A stretch of 64,000 nt of DNA from assembly GCA_965248355.1 (NCBI GenBank), contig OZ252098.1:4384001-4448000 (forward strand), written 5' to 3'. Under the pieces are notes generated by a model. The model saw only the letters and a program-made list of their open reading frames with translations. It was not told where the DNA came from and did not search any database. The position numbers and the translations under genes are program-made. This stretch comes from Candidatus Latescibacterota bacterium (lineage in GTDB: Bacteria; Latescibacterota; UBA2968; UBA8231). Position 1 is the first letter of the stretch. Each line of letters starts with the position of its first letter. Positions 52,779 through 62,330 of the stretch are shown one piece after another.

Positions 52779-53675
52779 TCAGAGAGCCCCCCGCAACTGC
52801 AGGAAGGCCTCGGGCAGACGCCCCGGCCGGAGCCGGTCCAGCCAGCGCCCCCACGGAAAGCCTATGAGGAGGAGCTCCGCCATGAAGACCGTGAAGAGGA
52901 TGTTCATGGTCCAGCCGATCCCGAAGTGCATGGCGATGAGGGCGGCGGCGGCCCACGGGCGGGTGCGCCGCCACCACAGCAGGACCCCGATCAGCTCCGT
53001 GCCGAGACCGATGGCCAGCACCGCCGTGGCCGCGATCCAGTGCCCGGCGGCGAGTTCCTGCAGCGCGTTGGGCTCGAAGTGGCCCGTCTTCGAGATCGTG
53101 TCCGTGGCCTTCTCCGCCATCCACAGCCACAAGTGGCGGCCGTCGATCCAGCCCGGACCGGTGGCCGCGAGCTTGCAGAGGCCCGCCGAGGCGTAGCCGA
53201 GGCCGGCGAAGAACCAGACGCTGCCCCACACGAACCGGCGCTGGGCGGCGGCGTCGCGGAAGCAGGCGCCGCCGATGGCCAGGGACAGCAGGCCCATGCC
53301 GACCAGGTTCGAGCTGTGGGGGATCTCGCCCAGGCAGAAGCGGGTCGCGTACTGCAGGTGCAGGAGGGCCATGGCCGCTGCGTACGGCCAGCGCGATCCG
53401 AGGCGCAGGAAGCCGAGGGCCACCAGCAGGGTGAGGAGCCCGGCGTTGACCAGGGGCAGGGGGCCGCCGATCAGGAAGCGGATGTCGAGGTAGCGCGCGA
53501 TGCCGAGAGGCAGGACGACCTCGGTGATGCGCAGCGTTTCCGATCCCCAGGTCCACGCGTAGCGGACCGCCTGGAAGCCGATGAACAGCTCCCAGACGCG
53601 GAAGTGCAGGGCCTCGCCCGGGGTGTCGCCGCGGGCCCGGGAGAAGTCGAAGAGGTTGTCGAGGATCCCTCTCAC
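52779..53675 (-). CDS. Membrane protein, HTTM/DoxX-like
   Basis: 6-7 TM, GEIPHSSN, YASAGLCKL...WIDG, TELIG...MHFGIGWTMNI; GTGA overlap with upstream stop. Confidence 0.65.
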   Translation of the reverse strand: MRGILDNLFDFSRARGDTPGEALHFRVWELFIGFQAVRYAWTWGSETLRITEVVLPLGIARYLDIRFLIGGPLPLVNAGLLTLLVALGFLRLGSRWPYAAAMALLHLQYATRFCLGEIPHSSNLVGMGLLSLAIGGACFRDAAAQRRFVWGSVWFFAGLGYASAGLCKLAATGPGWIDGRHLWLWMAEKATDTISKTGHFEPNALQELAAGHWIAATAVLAIGLGTELIGVLLWWRRTRPWAAAALIAMHFGIGWTMNILFTVFMAELLLIGFPWGRWLDRLRPGRLPEAFLQLRGAL

Positions 53676-54166
53676 CGGTCCCGTTCGTAGGCCGCCGGCG
53701 GCAGGTCCGGGTTGCGGGCCGTGCCCTCGCCGGAGAGCAGCAGGAAGGGGGTGGCCTCGACGACGACGGAGTCGCCCTCGGCGAGATGGCCCCGCACCTT
53801 GTAGACCATGAGGCGCCGCGTCCGCAGGAGCGTCTCGGTGAACAGCGCCCGCAGGCCGCCCACGCGGGTATCGTCCCAGGTCCGCGTCTTCGACAGGAAG
53901 TTCGCGAAGTCGATGGGGTCGATGCCGATATCGGGCAGCACCACGGGCCGGCCGGGCAGGCCGCCGAGGTCCGTCGCCCGCCAGCGGGCCGAGTCGGGCA
54001 GCGCCTCCACGTCGCGCACGAGGGCCCGGGTCCAGGGCCGGCCGGCGACGGAGAACATGGGATAGATGCTGGCCGGCCAGAACTCGCCCTCGTGGGTGGC
54101 CACGAGGAGGACGTAGACCGCGAGGGTCAGGACCAGGACCCGGGCGGCTCTGGCCTTGGACCACAT
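53672..54166 (-). CDS. Hypothetical membrane-anchored protein (164 aa)
   Basis: N-terminal TM helix followed by EFWPASIYPMFS, a WPFxxYPMF-like motif typical of HTTM-partner proteins. Confidence 0.7.
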   Translation of the reverse strand: MWSKARAARVLVLTLAVYVLLVATHEGEFWPASIYPMFSVAGRPWTRALVRDVEALPDSARWRATDLGGLPGRPVVLPDIGIDPIDFANFLSKTRTWDDTRVGGLRALFTETLLRTRRLMVYKVRGHLAEGDSVVVEATPFLLLSGEGTARNPDLPPAAYERDR

Positions 54167-54171
54167 GGGGC

Positions 54172-54963
54172 CTAGTCCGCCGCCGGCAGGAGGAGGAGGT
54201 TGTCGAAGTCGACCTCGGCCGACTCCTTGGTCGAGTCCGAATCGCTCCACAGGGCGATGGTGATCGGGCGGTCCGGCGGCGCCTTGCCGAAGGTGCGGCG
54301 GTAATCGGCGGCCACGTCGCGCTCGACGGACTGCCAGGTGCCGCGCTGTCGGAGCCCGGAGGCGACGACGAGGACCTTGAGCGATCCGTACTCGGCCAGG
54401 GTGCCCGGAGGCAGAGTGGAGCTGTAGGTGTACTTGATGCCCCGGGTGCGGCCCATCCAGTCCCGCGAGAAGATCACGTAGACCGCGGCGCCGGCGTCGT
54501 TGCGGCCCTTCTCGTCCTCCCGGGCCCCCTTGGGAAGCTGGTGGACGCGCCAGTCCCAGCGCAGCCGGGGGTGGGTGGCCAGGTCCCACTCGTAGCCCTC
54601 GCCGTTGGGCAGGCCGATCCAGATCGCCTGGGCCCGGGTGAAGCCGCGCAGGAAGCGGCCGCCGGCCTCCTCGCGGACGACGAAGTACTCGTCCTCGTCG
54701 ATGAAGCGGGGGCCGAAGGGGAGCATCTCCCGGCCGATGCGCCAGGCCGGAAGATCGCCCCCGCGGTAGCTCTCGAAGTCGTCGATGAGGATCCCCCCGG
54801 AACCCGCCGCCGCGGCGGGCGGGCACGTCGTGCCAGCGAGGACCTGCGCTCCGAGGAGGAGGACCGCGAGGCGGGGAACCCGGCGCCCGGAGATGGGCGC
54901 GGAGGCCCTCCCGGGCCTCGGCCGGCTCGGCGCGCTCACCTTCGGAACTTTGCTTCCTGGCAT
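54172..54963 (-). CDS. DUF3047-like exported protein
   Basis: HPRLRWDWRVHQLP...NDAGAAVYVIF...IKYTYSSTLPPG...WQSVERDVAADYRRTFG...IALWSDSDST. Confidence 0.8.
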   Translation of the reverse strand: MPGSKVPKVSAPSRPRPGRASAPISGRRVPRLAVLLLGAQVLAGTTCPPAAAAGSGGILIDDFESYRGGDLPAWRIGREMLPFGPRFIDEDEYFVVREEAGGRFLRGFTRAQAIWIGLPNGEGYEWDLATHPRLRWDWRVHQLPKGAREDEKGRNDAGAAVYVIFSRDWMGRTRGIKYTYSSTLPPGTLAEYGSLKVLVVASGLRQRGTWQSVERDVAADYRRTFGKAPPDRPITIALWSDSDSTKESAEVDFDNLLLLPAAD

Positions 54964-55057
54964 TTTCTGAGGTCGATCAGCGGTCGGCGACTGAACAAAG
55001 ATACGGCCGTACGCGAGGAGGGGTTCCGCCCTCGCCGGCGGCCCCGTGCCCAGTCGG

Positions 55058-56176
55058 TCAGTCAGCCTGCCCGGCCACCCGGGCGTAGTCCTCCATCAGC
55101 CCGTCGAGGACGGCCGACCAGCTGCGGCTCAGGGCCGACTCCCGCCCGCACCGACCCAGCCTGCGGGCGAGGTCCGGGTCGTCGACGAGGCGGCGCACCG
55201 CGGCCGCGAAGCCGGGGCGCGACTCGGCCTCGAAGAGCAGGCCGTTCTCCTCGTGCCGGACGATGTCCAGCACGCCGCCGGAGTCGGGGGTGACCACGGG
55301 CAGGCCGGAGGCGCAGGCCTCGAGGACGACGTTGCCGAAGGTCTCGTTGGCCGAGGGGAAGGCGAAGAGGTCGCTGCTGGCGTAGGCCTTGGCCAGCTCC
55401 GCGCCCCGCAGGTATCCGGCGAAGACCGTCGGCGTGCCCCTGAGCCGGGCGCGCAGCTTCTCCAGGCCCGGGCCGCCGCCCACCACCGCCAGGCGGGAGC
55501 CCGGCGCGCCCTCGAGGGCGTCGGCGAGCCAGTCCACCCGCTTCTCGGGGGCCACCCGGCCCACGTACAGCAGCAGGGGCGCCGCTGGATTCCCGCCGGT
55601 GAGGAACTCCCGCATCTCCCGGGACCGCCACTCCGGGGAGAACCGGCGGGTGTCCACGCCCCGCGTCCACACCCGCGGATTGCGCACCCCCTGCCGCTCC
55701 AGCTCGCCGAGGGTGACGCTGGAGGGGCACAGGTTCAGGGCGGCCTGGTTGTGCAGCCAGCGGATGTAGCGCCAGCACGGCCCCGCCAGGAATCCGAACC
55801 CGTAGCGCCGGCAGTAGCCGGGCACGTCGGTGTGGTAGGAGGCGATGAGGGGCACCCCCGTGCGCCGCGCGCCGCGGACCCCGGCCACGCCGAGAAAGAA
55901 CGGATTGAGGACGTGGATCAGGTCCGGCTGGAAGGCCTCGAGGCGGGCGCGGACATCGGTCAGGGGATTGACCATCCTGAGCTCGGGGTACAGGGGCAGG
56001 GGGAGGCTGCCGATGCCGACGATCTCGGTGGCGGCATAGCGCGCCGGCCCCCCGGCGGGGGCGAACAGGATCGAAGGATGTCCCCTGGCCTCGAGGTGGT
56101 GGAGGAGGTGGCAGAGGGTGTTGACGACGCCGTCGATCTTGGGCAGGAAGGTCTCCGTGAACAGGGCGACCCGCAT
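55058..56176 (-). CDS. GT4 glycolipid synthase, SqdX/SQD2/MgtA-like
   Basis: [75 protein letters not shown]. Confidence 0.85.
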   Translation of the reverse strand: MRVALFTETFLPKIDGVVNTLCHLLHHLEARGHPSILFAPAGGPARYAATEIVGIGSLPLPLYPELRMVNPLTDVRARLEAFQPDLIHVLNPFFLGVAGVRGARRTGVPLIASYHTDVPGYCRRYGFGFLAGPCWRYIRWLHNQAALNLCPSSVTLGELERQGVRNPRVWTRGVDTRRFSPEWRSREMREFLTGGNPAAPLLLYVGRVAPEKRVDWLADALEGAPGSRLAVVGGGPGLEKLRARLRGTPTVFAGYLRGAELAKAYASSDLFAFPSANETFGNVVLEACASGLPVVTPDSGGVLDIVRHEENGLLFEAESRPGFAAAVRRLVDDPDLARRLGRCGRESALSRSWSAVLDGLMEDYARVAGQAD

Positions 56177-56229
56177 GGAGGGCGTGCCCGTCCGGCGCAA
56201 CCGGCGGTGCCAGAGGCGCCGGCGGCGCC

Positions 56230-56865
56230 TCAGAGAGCCGGAAGCCCGGCGAGCGCCAGCAGCCAAAGGACGCAGCCCGAGGCGGTGCCGGCCACGGTCT
56301 GTCCCAGGGTGTGCCGCTGCAGGAAGACGCGGGACCAGGCCACCACCGGAACCAGGGCGAGCACCGGCAGCGAGCCGGGTCCGTAGAGCCACCAGCAGAC
56401 GACGGCCAACCCGGTGCAGCCGGCGCAGTGGGCGCTGATCTTCCAGCGCAGGGTGACGCCCAAGAACAGGAGGGCCTGCACGGTCTGCACGGCGGCCACG
56501 AGCGTCATCTGGGGACCCGCTCCGCCGGCCCACAGCAGCCCCAGGGCGGCGGCCGAGGCGGCCACCGCGGCGGCGAGGGGACGGCGGCGCTCCCGGCGCA
56601 CGTTCATGTGCAGATCGCTGAGCTGCCCGCGCCGGTGGAGGAACAGGACGTAGGCGGTGGGCAGCAGCACGCCGACGGCGATGAACAGCGCCGCCCATCC
56701 CCAGGCGGCGGCGGTACCCGCATGGGCGGCGACGACGAAGGCCGCCGCCGCGGCGCACAGAGGCGGCGTCAAGGCGCCCGATACGCGCCGGGCCAGGCCG
56801 TCGGCCACGGCGGCGGAGCGCGAGAACGGCCGCGGGGTGAGGTCCTTGCCGAGGGTCAGTTCCAC
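56230..56865 (-). CDS. PAP2-like membrane phosphoesterase
   Basis: WKISAH and [17 protein letters not shown] (PAP2 C2/C3-like motifs), about 6 TM. Confidence 0.75.
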   Translation of the reverse strand: MELTLGKDLTPRPFSRSAAVADGLARRVSGALTPPLCAAAAAFVVAAHAGTAAAWGWAALFIAVGVLLPTAYVLFLHRRGQLSDLHMNVRRERRRPLAAAVAASAAALGLLWAGGAGPQMTLVAAVQTVQALLFLGVTLRWKISAHCAGCTGLAVVCWWLYGPGSLPVLALVPVVAWSRVFLQRHTLGQTVAGTASGCVLWLLALAGLPAL

Positions 56866-57276
56866 GTCGTCAGCTCTTCAGGCACAGGCGGCCACGCCGG
56901 GGAGGGTTGTCCTTCCGGCCGGTCGACGGGCAGACTCGCCGCGGCCGGCGGCAGTTCCTGGACCAGGCCGGTCCATTCCAGGAGGCGCAACTGCCTGTCG
57001 ACCCGGTCGCCGCTGTTGCAATAGAGAACGTCGTCACGCCGCTCGATCCCGGCCAGATGCACGTGACCGGCTGACGCCGTGGTTCACTACCGACGCCCCG
57101 GCGCGGCCTGTCCAGCAGCTTGCGCAGGACGTCGCGGTGGGACGGCGGCCAGTACCAGCGGCGCTTCAGACGTAGAGTCGGCCTCCACGGTATCCAGGAA
57201 CCGATGCAGGAACTCGACCTTGCAGGCGCGCGTCCCGAAGGTGGAGATCGGAGAGGAAGACGGATCGGAACCTCAA
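56856..57276 (-). pseudogene. Decayed metallophosphoesterase gene (UDP-2,3-diacylglucosamine hydrolase / PlcP-like)
   Basis: Fragments in shifting frames: RFRSVFLSDLHL / GTRACKVEFLHRFLDTVEAD / LKRRWYWPPSHRDVLRKLL / GHVHLAGI...LYCNSGD; GDxxD and GNHD motifs missing; GGAGGT SD retained. Confidence 0.85.
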
Positions 57277-57464
57277 GCTCACACCTCCCGGTGAGCGGGT
57301 GACGGGCCGAGGCCCCTGGCGGCGGCCGCCGTCGTCATCGCCCGGAGAGTGGCGGGGCCCCGCGCCTTGCGGCGCGTTCCAGGAAACCTCACATCGAACA
57401 TCGGATCCTCCTGATACGGCGAGGTTTACGCGAAAGCGCCGTTCCCAAGGTCCTGCCTCGCCAC

Positions 57465-58508
57465 GTGACCCGGCCCTCCCTGTCCCCAAACACAACATCC
57501 CGGAACGTGTCCAGCGAATCTCCAGATGGTGAACCCCGGCCCGGCCTTCTGCGCGCTCTGGTGAGAGGCGTTCCCGCCCTGGCCCGCCGTTGGGCACCCT
57601 CCCTCGCGGGGCGGCCGGGGCCGGCCCTTCGCGTCGCGGCGGGCCTGTTCACGGCGGGCGTCGCCGGCTGGGTGATCCACCAGGTCATCGAGGTGGGCTG
57701 GCTGAAGGTGGTCGAGTCGATGCCGGCGACCCCGTGGTTCTACCTGATCTTCACGGGCATGTACCTCGTGCCTCCCCTGTCGGAGGTGTTTGTCTTCCGC
57801 CGCTTCTGGGGACCGGTCTCCGGACTGCTGCCGGCGGTGCTGATGCGGCGGCTCTGCTCGGGGCACGTCATCGACTATTCCGGGGAGGCCTACCTCTACC
57901 TGTGGGCGAGGCGTCACCTGGGTCTGCCCCATGCCCGCATCGTGCACGGGATCAAGGACAACGTCATCCTGTCCTCCGCCATGTCGACCCTGTTCGCCCT
58001 GGCCGTCCTCGGAGCCCTGGCCGCCGGCGGCTGGCTGGTCCCGGCGGCGCTCGGCGGGCACTGGGGGTGGCTGCTGGCCGCCCCGGCGGCCCTGTTCGCC
58101 GTCGCCGCAGGGGCCTGGGCCATGCGCCGCCGCCTCCTGTCGGCTCCGCCGTCGGCGTCGGCCGCCGTGTGCGCCGCCCACCTGGTCCGCCACAGCCTCG
58201 TGCACCTGCTGCAGGTCGCCCTCTGGGTCGTCGTCGAGCCTTCGGTGCCCCTGAGCTCCTGGCTGACCCTGCTGGCGGCCCAGATCGTGTTGACGCGGGT
58301 ACCCTTTCTGCCGAGCCGGGATCTCGTCTTCGTCGGCGCCGGACTCGGTCTCTCCGGGTACCTGGGTGTCGAGGCGGCCGCCGTGGCGAGCATCCTGCTG
58401 ACCACGGCGGTCCTCGACCGCGGCCTCAACCTGGTTCTCTACCTGCTGTGCCGGTGGTCACAGCGGCGCCGCGCCGCATCCGCGCCCGCCGCCAGCTTCG
58501 CCGTGTGA
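57465..58508 (+). CDS. Membrane protein, lysylphosphatidylglycerol-synthase TM (flippase-like) type
   Basis: 7-8 TM, PLSEVFVFRRFW, YSGEAYLYLWA, IKDNVILS, RVPFLPSRDL; true start may be further downstream. Confidence 0.6.
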   Translation: MTRPSLSPNTTSRNVSSESPDGEPRPGLLRALVRGVPALARRWAPSLAGRPGPALRVAAGLFTAGVAGWVIHQVIEVGWLKVVESMPATPWFYLIFTGMYLVPPLSEVFVFRRFWGPVSGLLPAVLMRRLCSGHVIDYSGEAYLYLWARRHLGLPHARIVHGIKDNVILSSAMSTLFALAVLGALAAGGWLVPAALGGHWGWLLAAPAALFAVAAGAWAMRRRLLSAPPSASAAVCAAHLVRHSLVHLLQVALWVVVEPSVPLSSWLTLLAAQIVLTRVPFLPSRDLVFVGAGLGLSGYLGVEAAAVASILLTTAVLDRGLNLVLYLLCRWSQRRRAASAPAASFAV

Positions 58509-58593
58509 CGAGGAGAGCGCGTTGCAGAGCCCCAGAGATTCCGCCCGCCCGCGTTGCAATTCCGTGAAGGCGGACCGAGATTCAGCCCTCTCC

Positions 58594-59790
58594 ATGGGCC
58601 TCTCCGACCGGATTCTCCCTCCCGTGCGGGTCCTGTTCGTCTCGCACACCTTCCCCCCCGCCGGCCGTCCCCTGTCGAGCGTGGGCGGAATGCAGCGGGT
58701 GGCCACGGACCTGCACGAGGCGCTGCTGCAGCATCCGGAGGTCACGGTGAGGTCCCGGGTCCTGCGCAGCTCGTGGCGCTGGATCTACCTGCGCACTCCG
58801 ACGTACCTGGCCCGGACCTACGGGCACATCGAGCGGCTGGCCCGCAACGGCGAGGTCGACGTCGTCCTGTTCTCCTCCATCATCTCCGCCGGCCTCGTCA
58901 GCTTCCCGCTGCACCGGACCCTGCGCGCCTGCGGCGTGCGCACCGCCGCCGTCGTCCATGGCGACGACGTCACCTGCCCCCTCGGGCCCTACCAGCGGCG
59001 GCTGCGCCGCGTCTTCGAGGAGATCGACGCCGTGGTCTCCGTGAGCCGCGCCACCGGCGACGCCTGCACCGAGCGCGGACTGGACCCGGACAAGCTGCAC
59101 GTGATCCCCAACGGCATCCGGGAGGACCGCTTCCCCGACACCGAGCCCGGGGCGGCTTCCCGCGGTGACCGCCTGGCCGCCCTCGACGGCTCCGCCGGCC
59201 GCCTCGACGACGACGCCTTCCTGCTGTGCAGCGTCGGGCGCCAGGTCCCCCGCAAGGGCTTCGCGTGGTTCGTCGACCAGGTCATGCCGACCTTGCCCGA
59301 CCGGGTCCACTACTGGCTGGCCGGCAGCGGCCCCCAGACCGAGGAGATCCGCGCCGCCGGGAGGCGCCGGGGTCTCGACGCCCGCCTGCGGCTCCTCGGC
59401 CCGGTCTCCGACGAGCACCTGGGCCTTCTCTACCGCAACTCCGACCTGTTCATCATGCCCAACATCGCCGTTCCCGGCACCATGGAGGGCTTCGGCGTGG
59501 TCATGCTCGAAGCGGGGTTGTGCGGCCTGCCCACCATCGCCTCGCGCCTGGAGGGGATCCAGGACGTGATCTCCGAATCGGAGAACGGCCACCTGGTACC
59601 GAGCGGATGCGCCGACGGCTTCCGCACGGCCATCATGCGGTACGTGGAGGATCGATCCATCCTCGAGCCGGTGCGCAGCCGCGCCCAGAAGCACATCCGC
59701 CGCTTCCGGTGGCCGGTGGTGGCCGAAGACTACGTGCGGCTCATCCGGTCCCTGGACCGGGATCCGCGGAGGGCCCGGGCCCCGGGCTGA
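58594..59790 (+). CDS. GT4 glycosyltransferase (PimA/PimB-like)
   Basis: VGGMQRV, VHGDD, VSRATG, VIPNG, SVGRQVPRKG, EGFGVVMLEA. Confidence 0.9.
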   Translation: MGLSDRILPPVRVLFVSHTFPPAGRPLSSVGGMQRVATDLHEALLQHPEVTVRSRVLRSSWRWIYLRTPTYLARTYGHIERLARNGEVDVVLFSSIISAGLVSFPLHRTLRACGVRTAAVVHGDDVTCPLGPYQRRLRRVFEEIDAVVSVSRATGDACTERGLDPDKLHVIPNGIREDRFPDTEPGAASRGDRLAALDGSAGRLDDDAFLLCSVGRQVPRKGFAWFVDQVMPTLPDRVHYWLAGSGPQTEEIRAAGRRRGLDARLRLLGPVSDEHLGLLYRNSDLFIMPNIAVPGTMEGFGVVMLEAGLCGLPTIASRLEGIQDVISESENGHLVPSGCADGFRTAIMRYVEDRSILEPVRSRAQKHIRRFRWPVVAEDYVRLIRSLDRDPRRARAPG

Positions 59791-59798
59791 TCCCGCCC

Positions 59799-62315
59799 TT
59801 ACCCCTGGCCGGCGCCGCGGGGGCCGCCCCCCCGGTCCTCGAGCCACTGCAGCAGCGCCGGCGTGAACAGCAGGGCTGCCAGCCAGGTGGCGCCGATGCC
59901 GGCGATGGCCAGCTCGCCGATCGTCTCGATTCCCGGGTGAAAGCTCAGCAGAGGTCCCGAGAACCCGATCGCCGTGGTCAGGGAGCCGACGGTGATGTGC
60001 TCGCCCGTGGAGCGCAGCACGGGCAGGATCGAGCCCCGCCCCTCCTGACGGTAGCGGTGCACGAGGTGGGCCCCGGCGTCGTTGCCGATGCCGAGGACCG
60101 CGGGCAGGACGATCATGTTGTAGAAGTTGAGACGCATCTGCAGCAGCTCCATGAGCAGCAGCATCCACAGCACCCCCACCACCAGCGGCAGGCAGGCCAG
60201 CACCCCCCAGCGCAGCTTCCCGAAGTTCAGCCACATGAACAGGAAGACCAGAACCGCCGTGGCCAGCACCATCCACGGCGACTCCCGCTGCACCAGCCTC
60301 AGCACGTCGGCGGCCACGATCGTGGGAGAGGCCGCGTGGTAGGTGCGGCCGTCCACCTCGATGCGGGAGACGTCCTCGGCGAAGGCGATGGAGTTGCGGC
60401 CGTCGGAGAGCCCGACGGAGGCGTAGATGCGCAGGAAGTTGCCCGCCTCACCGGACTTGCTGAGGAAGGGGTCGCGCAGCGATCCGGGCACCTGCTCGAG
60501 GGTGATGGCCGCCCTCGTCTGCGAGGCCTGCCGCAGGCGCCGCAGGTCCTCCGATTCCTCTCCCTCGAGCAGGGGATCGGACAGCAGGCCGCGGATGCGC
60601 CCGATGCGGTCGAGCCTGGCGCGCCGCGCCGCCGCGTCCATGGGGAAGCGGTCCTGGATGGTCACGACCTCGGCGATCGTCGGCGACAGGGTGTCCTCCG
60701 CCGCCCGGCGGCGAAGGGCCGCGGCCACGGCCGGCACGTGGGCGGGCGTGTCGGTGACGATGTAGGCGGCGTTGCGCCGGCCGTCGGGGGGGTACACGGC
60801 GCGGATCTTCTCGCGCCGGGCGTTGTACTCGGAGTAGGTGGGCTCCAGCTCCCCGAAGCGGTACTCGAAGCCCACCTTGCCGGGGGCCAGGACGATGGCG
60901 GCGGCCACGGTGAGGAGCCCGGCCGCGATCACCGTGCGCGCCAGGGGGAAGCGGCCGCCGCGGCCGGCATCGGCGGGTCCCGCGGCGGGCCCCGGGTCGA
61001 AGCGCAGCAGGGACCAGCGCTCGAAGAGCGACACCAGGGCCGGCAGGACGACGATCATGGCGAAGAGGGCGAAGAGGATGCCGACGCCGGCGATGAACCC
61101 GAACTGGCTGAACCCCTTGAAGCTGCAGGTCATGAGCACGAGCAGGGCCCCGGCCGTGGTCAGGGCGCTCACGGCGATCGCCTGACCCGTGCTCGTGAAG
61201 GTGGTCTCGGCGGCGCTCACCGCGTCCCGTCCGGAGCCCCGCTCCTCGGTGTAGCGCGCGTAGAAGTGGATGCCGTAGTCGATGCCCAGGCCGAACAGGA
61301 CCAGCCCGAGGGTCGAGGTCATCAGGTTGAGGTCGCCGTGGACGAGGCGGGCCAGGGCGAAGGTCCAGGAGAGGCTCATCAGGAAGGGCAGCCCGATGAG
61401 GACGGCCATGACCGGCATGCGGCCCGCCGTGGCCAGGGCCAGGCGCAGGCTGAAGCGCCCCCGCGAGCGGGCGCGGTAGGACTTGTAGGCGAAGTAGGCC
61501 ACCACCACGAGGAGGACGGCGGTCACCCCGGCGCCGAAGGAGCGCCTCACGTCCCGGGTGATCGTCCGCACCTCGGTGAGCCGCCGCAGGAGCCGGCCCG
61601 CCGTGGTCACCCGCATCTCCGGATGGAAGCGGGCCGGCCCCACCGCGGCGGCCAGGGAATCGACGGAGCGGTAGAGGCCGGCGATCAGCCCCAGGTCGGT
61701 CTGCGACCCGGCCGGGTGAAAGCGCAGAACCAGGGTGGTGCTGTCGGGCGAGACCGGGTACTCGCGGACGACGATGCCGTCGTAGATGGCGCGCAGGTCC
61801 CGCTCCTCCTCCTCCCGCCCCGCCTCTTCCTCCTCCTCCTCGAGACCGAAGTAGAGAGGGTTGGCCGCCAGTCTCGCCTCCTCGAGGCGCTCCTTCAGGT
61901 AGCGCTCGAGCCGGCCCAGCTCGTCCTCGGTGGCGAAGTAGAGGGCGTTGCGCCGCAGGAAGTCCGCATCCCGCCGGTACTCGACGCGCTCGAAGCACGG
62001 GGAGCCGCCGCAGCGCAGGTCCCGGGCCCGTGCCAGGAACTCCTCGGCGTAGCCCCGGTTGGCCTCGAAGGAGGGGCTCTCGACGGCGACCTCCACGCGG
62101 TCCTCGCCGCCCACCACCTGGCGCAGCCGGTCGAGGGCGATGACGCTGGGGTAGTCGCGGGGGATCAGGTTCGACAGCTCGGCGTCGATGCCGAGCTGGA
62201 GGGCGAACCGCAGGGAGGCCGCGGTCACCAGGACGCAGCCGGCCAGCACGAGGCCGGGCCGCCGCATGACCGAACGGATGAACGGCCTCAGCGACTCGAA
62301 GAGGCGTTCGAGCAC
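59799..62315 (-). CDS. MMPL/RND family lipid exporter (HpnN-like)
   Basis: Two TM bundles with FGLGIDYGIHFYARYTEE and LGIGNDAGAHLVHRY, SALTTAGA, periplasmic loops. Confidence 0.9.
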   Translation of the reverse strand: MLERLFESLRPFIRSVMRRPGLVLAGCVLVTAASLRFALQLGIDAELSNLIPRDYPSVIALDRLRQVVGGEDRVEVAVESPSFEANRGYAEEFLARARDLRCGGSPCFERVEYRRDADFLRRNALYFATEDELGRLERYLKERLEEARLAANPLYFGLEEEEEEAGREEEERDLRAIYDGIVVREYPVSPDSTTLVLRFHPAGSQTDLGLIAGLYRSVDSLAAAVGPARFHPEMRVTTAGRLLRRLTEVRTITRDVRRSFGAGVTAVLLVVVAYFAYKSYRARSRGRFSLRLALATAGRMPVMAVLIGLPFLMSLSWTFALARLVHGDLNLMTSTLGLVLFGLGIDYGIHFYARYTEERGSGRDAVSAAETTFTSTGQAIAVSALTTAGALLVLMTCSFKGFSQFGFIAGVGILFALFAMIVVLPALVSLFERWSLLRFDPGPAAGPADAGRGGRFPLARTVIAAGLLTVAAAIVLAPGKVGFEYRFGELEPTYSEYNARREKIRAVYPPDGRRNAAYIVTDTPAHVPAVAAALRRRAAEDTLSPTIAEVVTIQDRFPMDAAARRARLDRIGRIRGLLSDPLLEGEESEDLRRLRQASQTRAAITLEQVPGSLRDPFLSKSGEAGNFLRIYASVGLSDGRNSIAFAEDVSRIEVDGRTYHAASPTIVAADVLRLVQRESPWMVLATAVLVFLFMWLNFGKLRWGVLACLPLVVGVLWMLLLMELLQMRLNFYNMIVLPAVLGIGNDAGAHLVHRYRQEGRGSILPVLRSTGEHITVGSLTTAIGFSGPLLSFHPGIETIGELAIAGIGATWLAALLFTPALLQWLEDRGGGPRGAGQG

Positions 62316-62330
62316 GTCAGGGCCGGCGGG

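Noticed and set aside
57340..57380. GNRA hairpin CGCGCC-GCAA-GGCGCG and CCCCGCCACT on the minus strand, reminiscent of a cobalamin riboswitch
   Set aside because: Other conserved riboswitch elements not found and downstream genes are unrelated to B12; would need an Rfam scan
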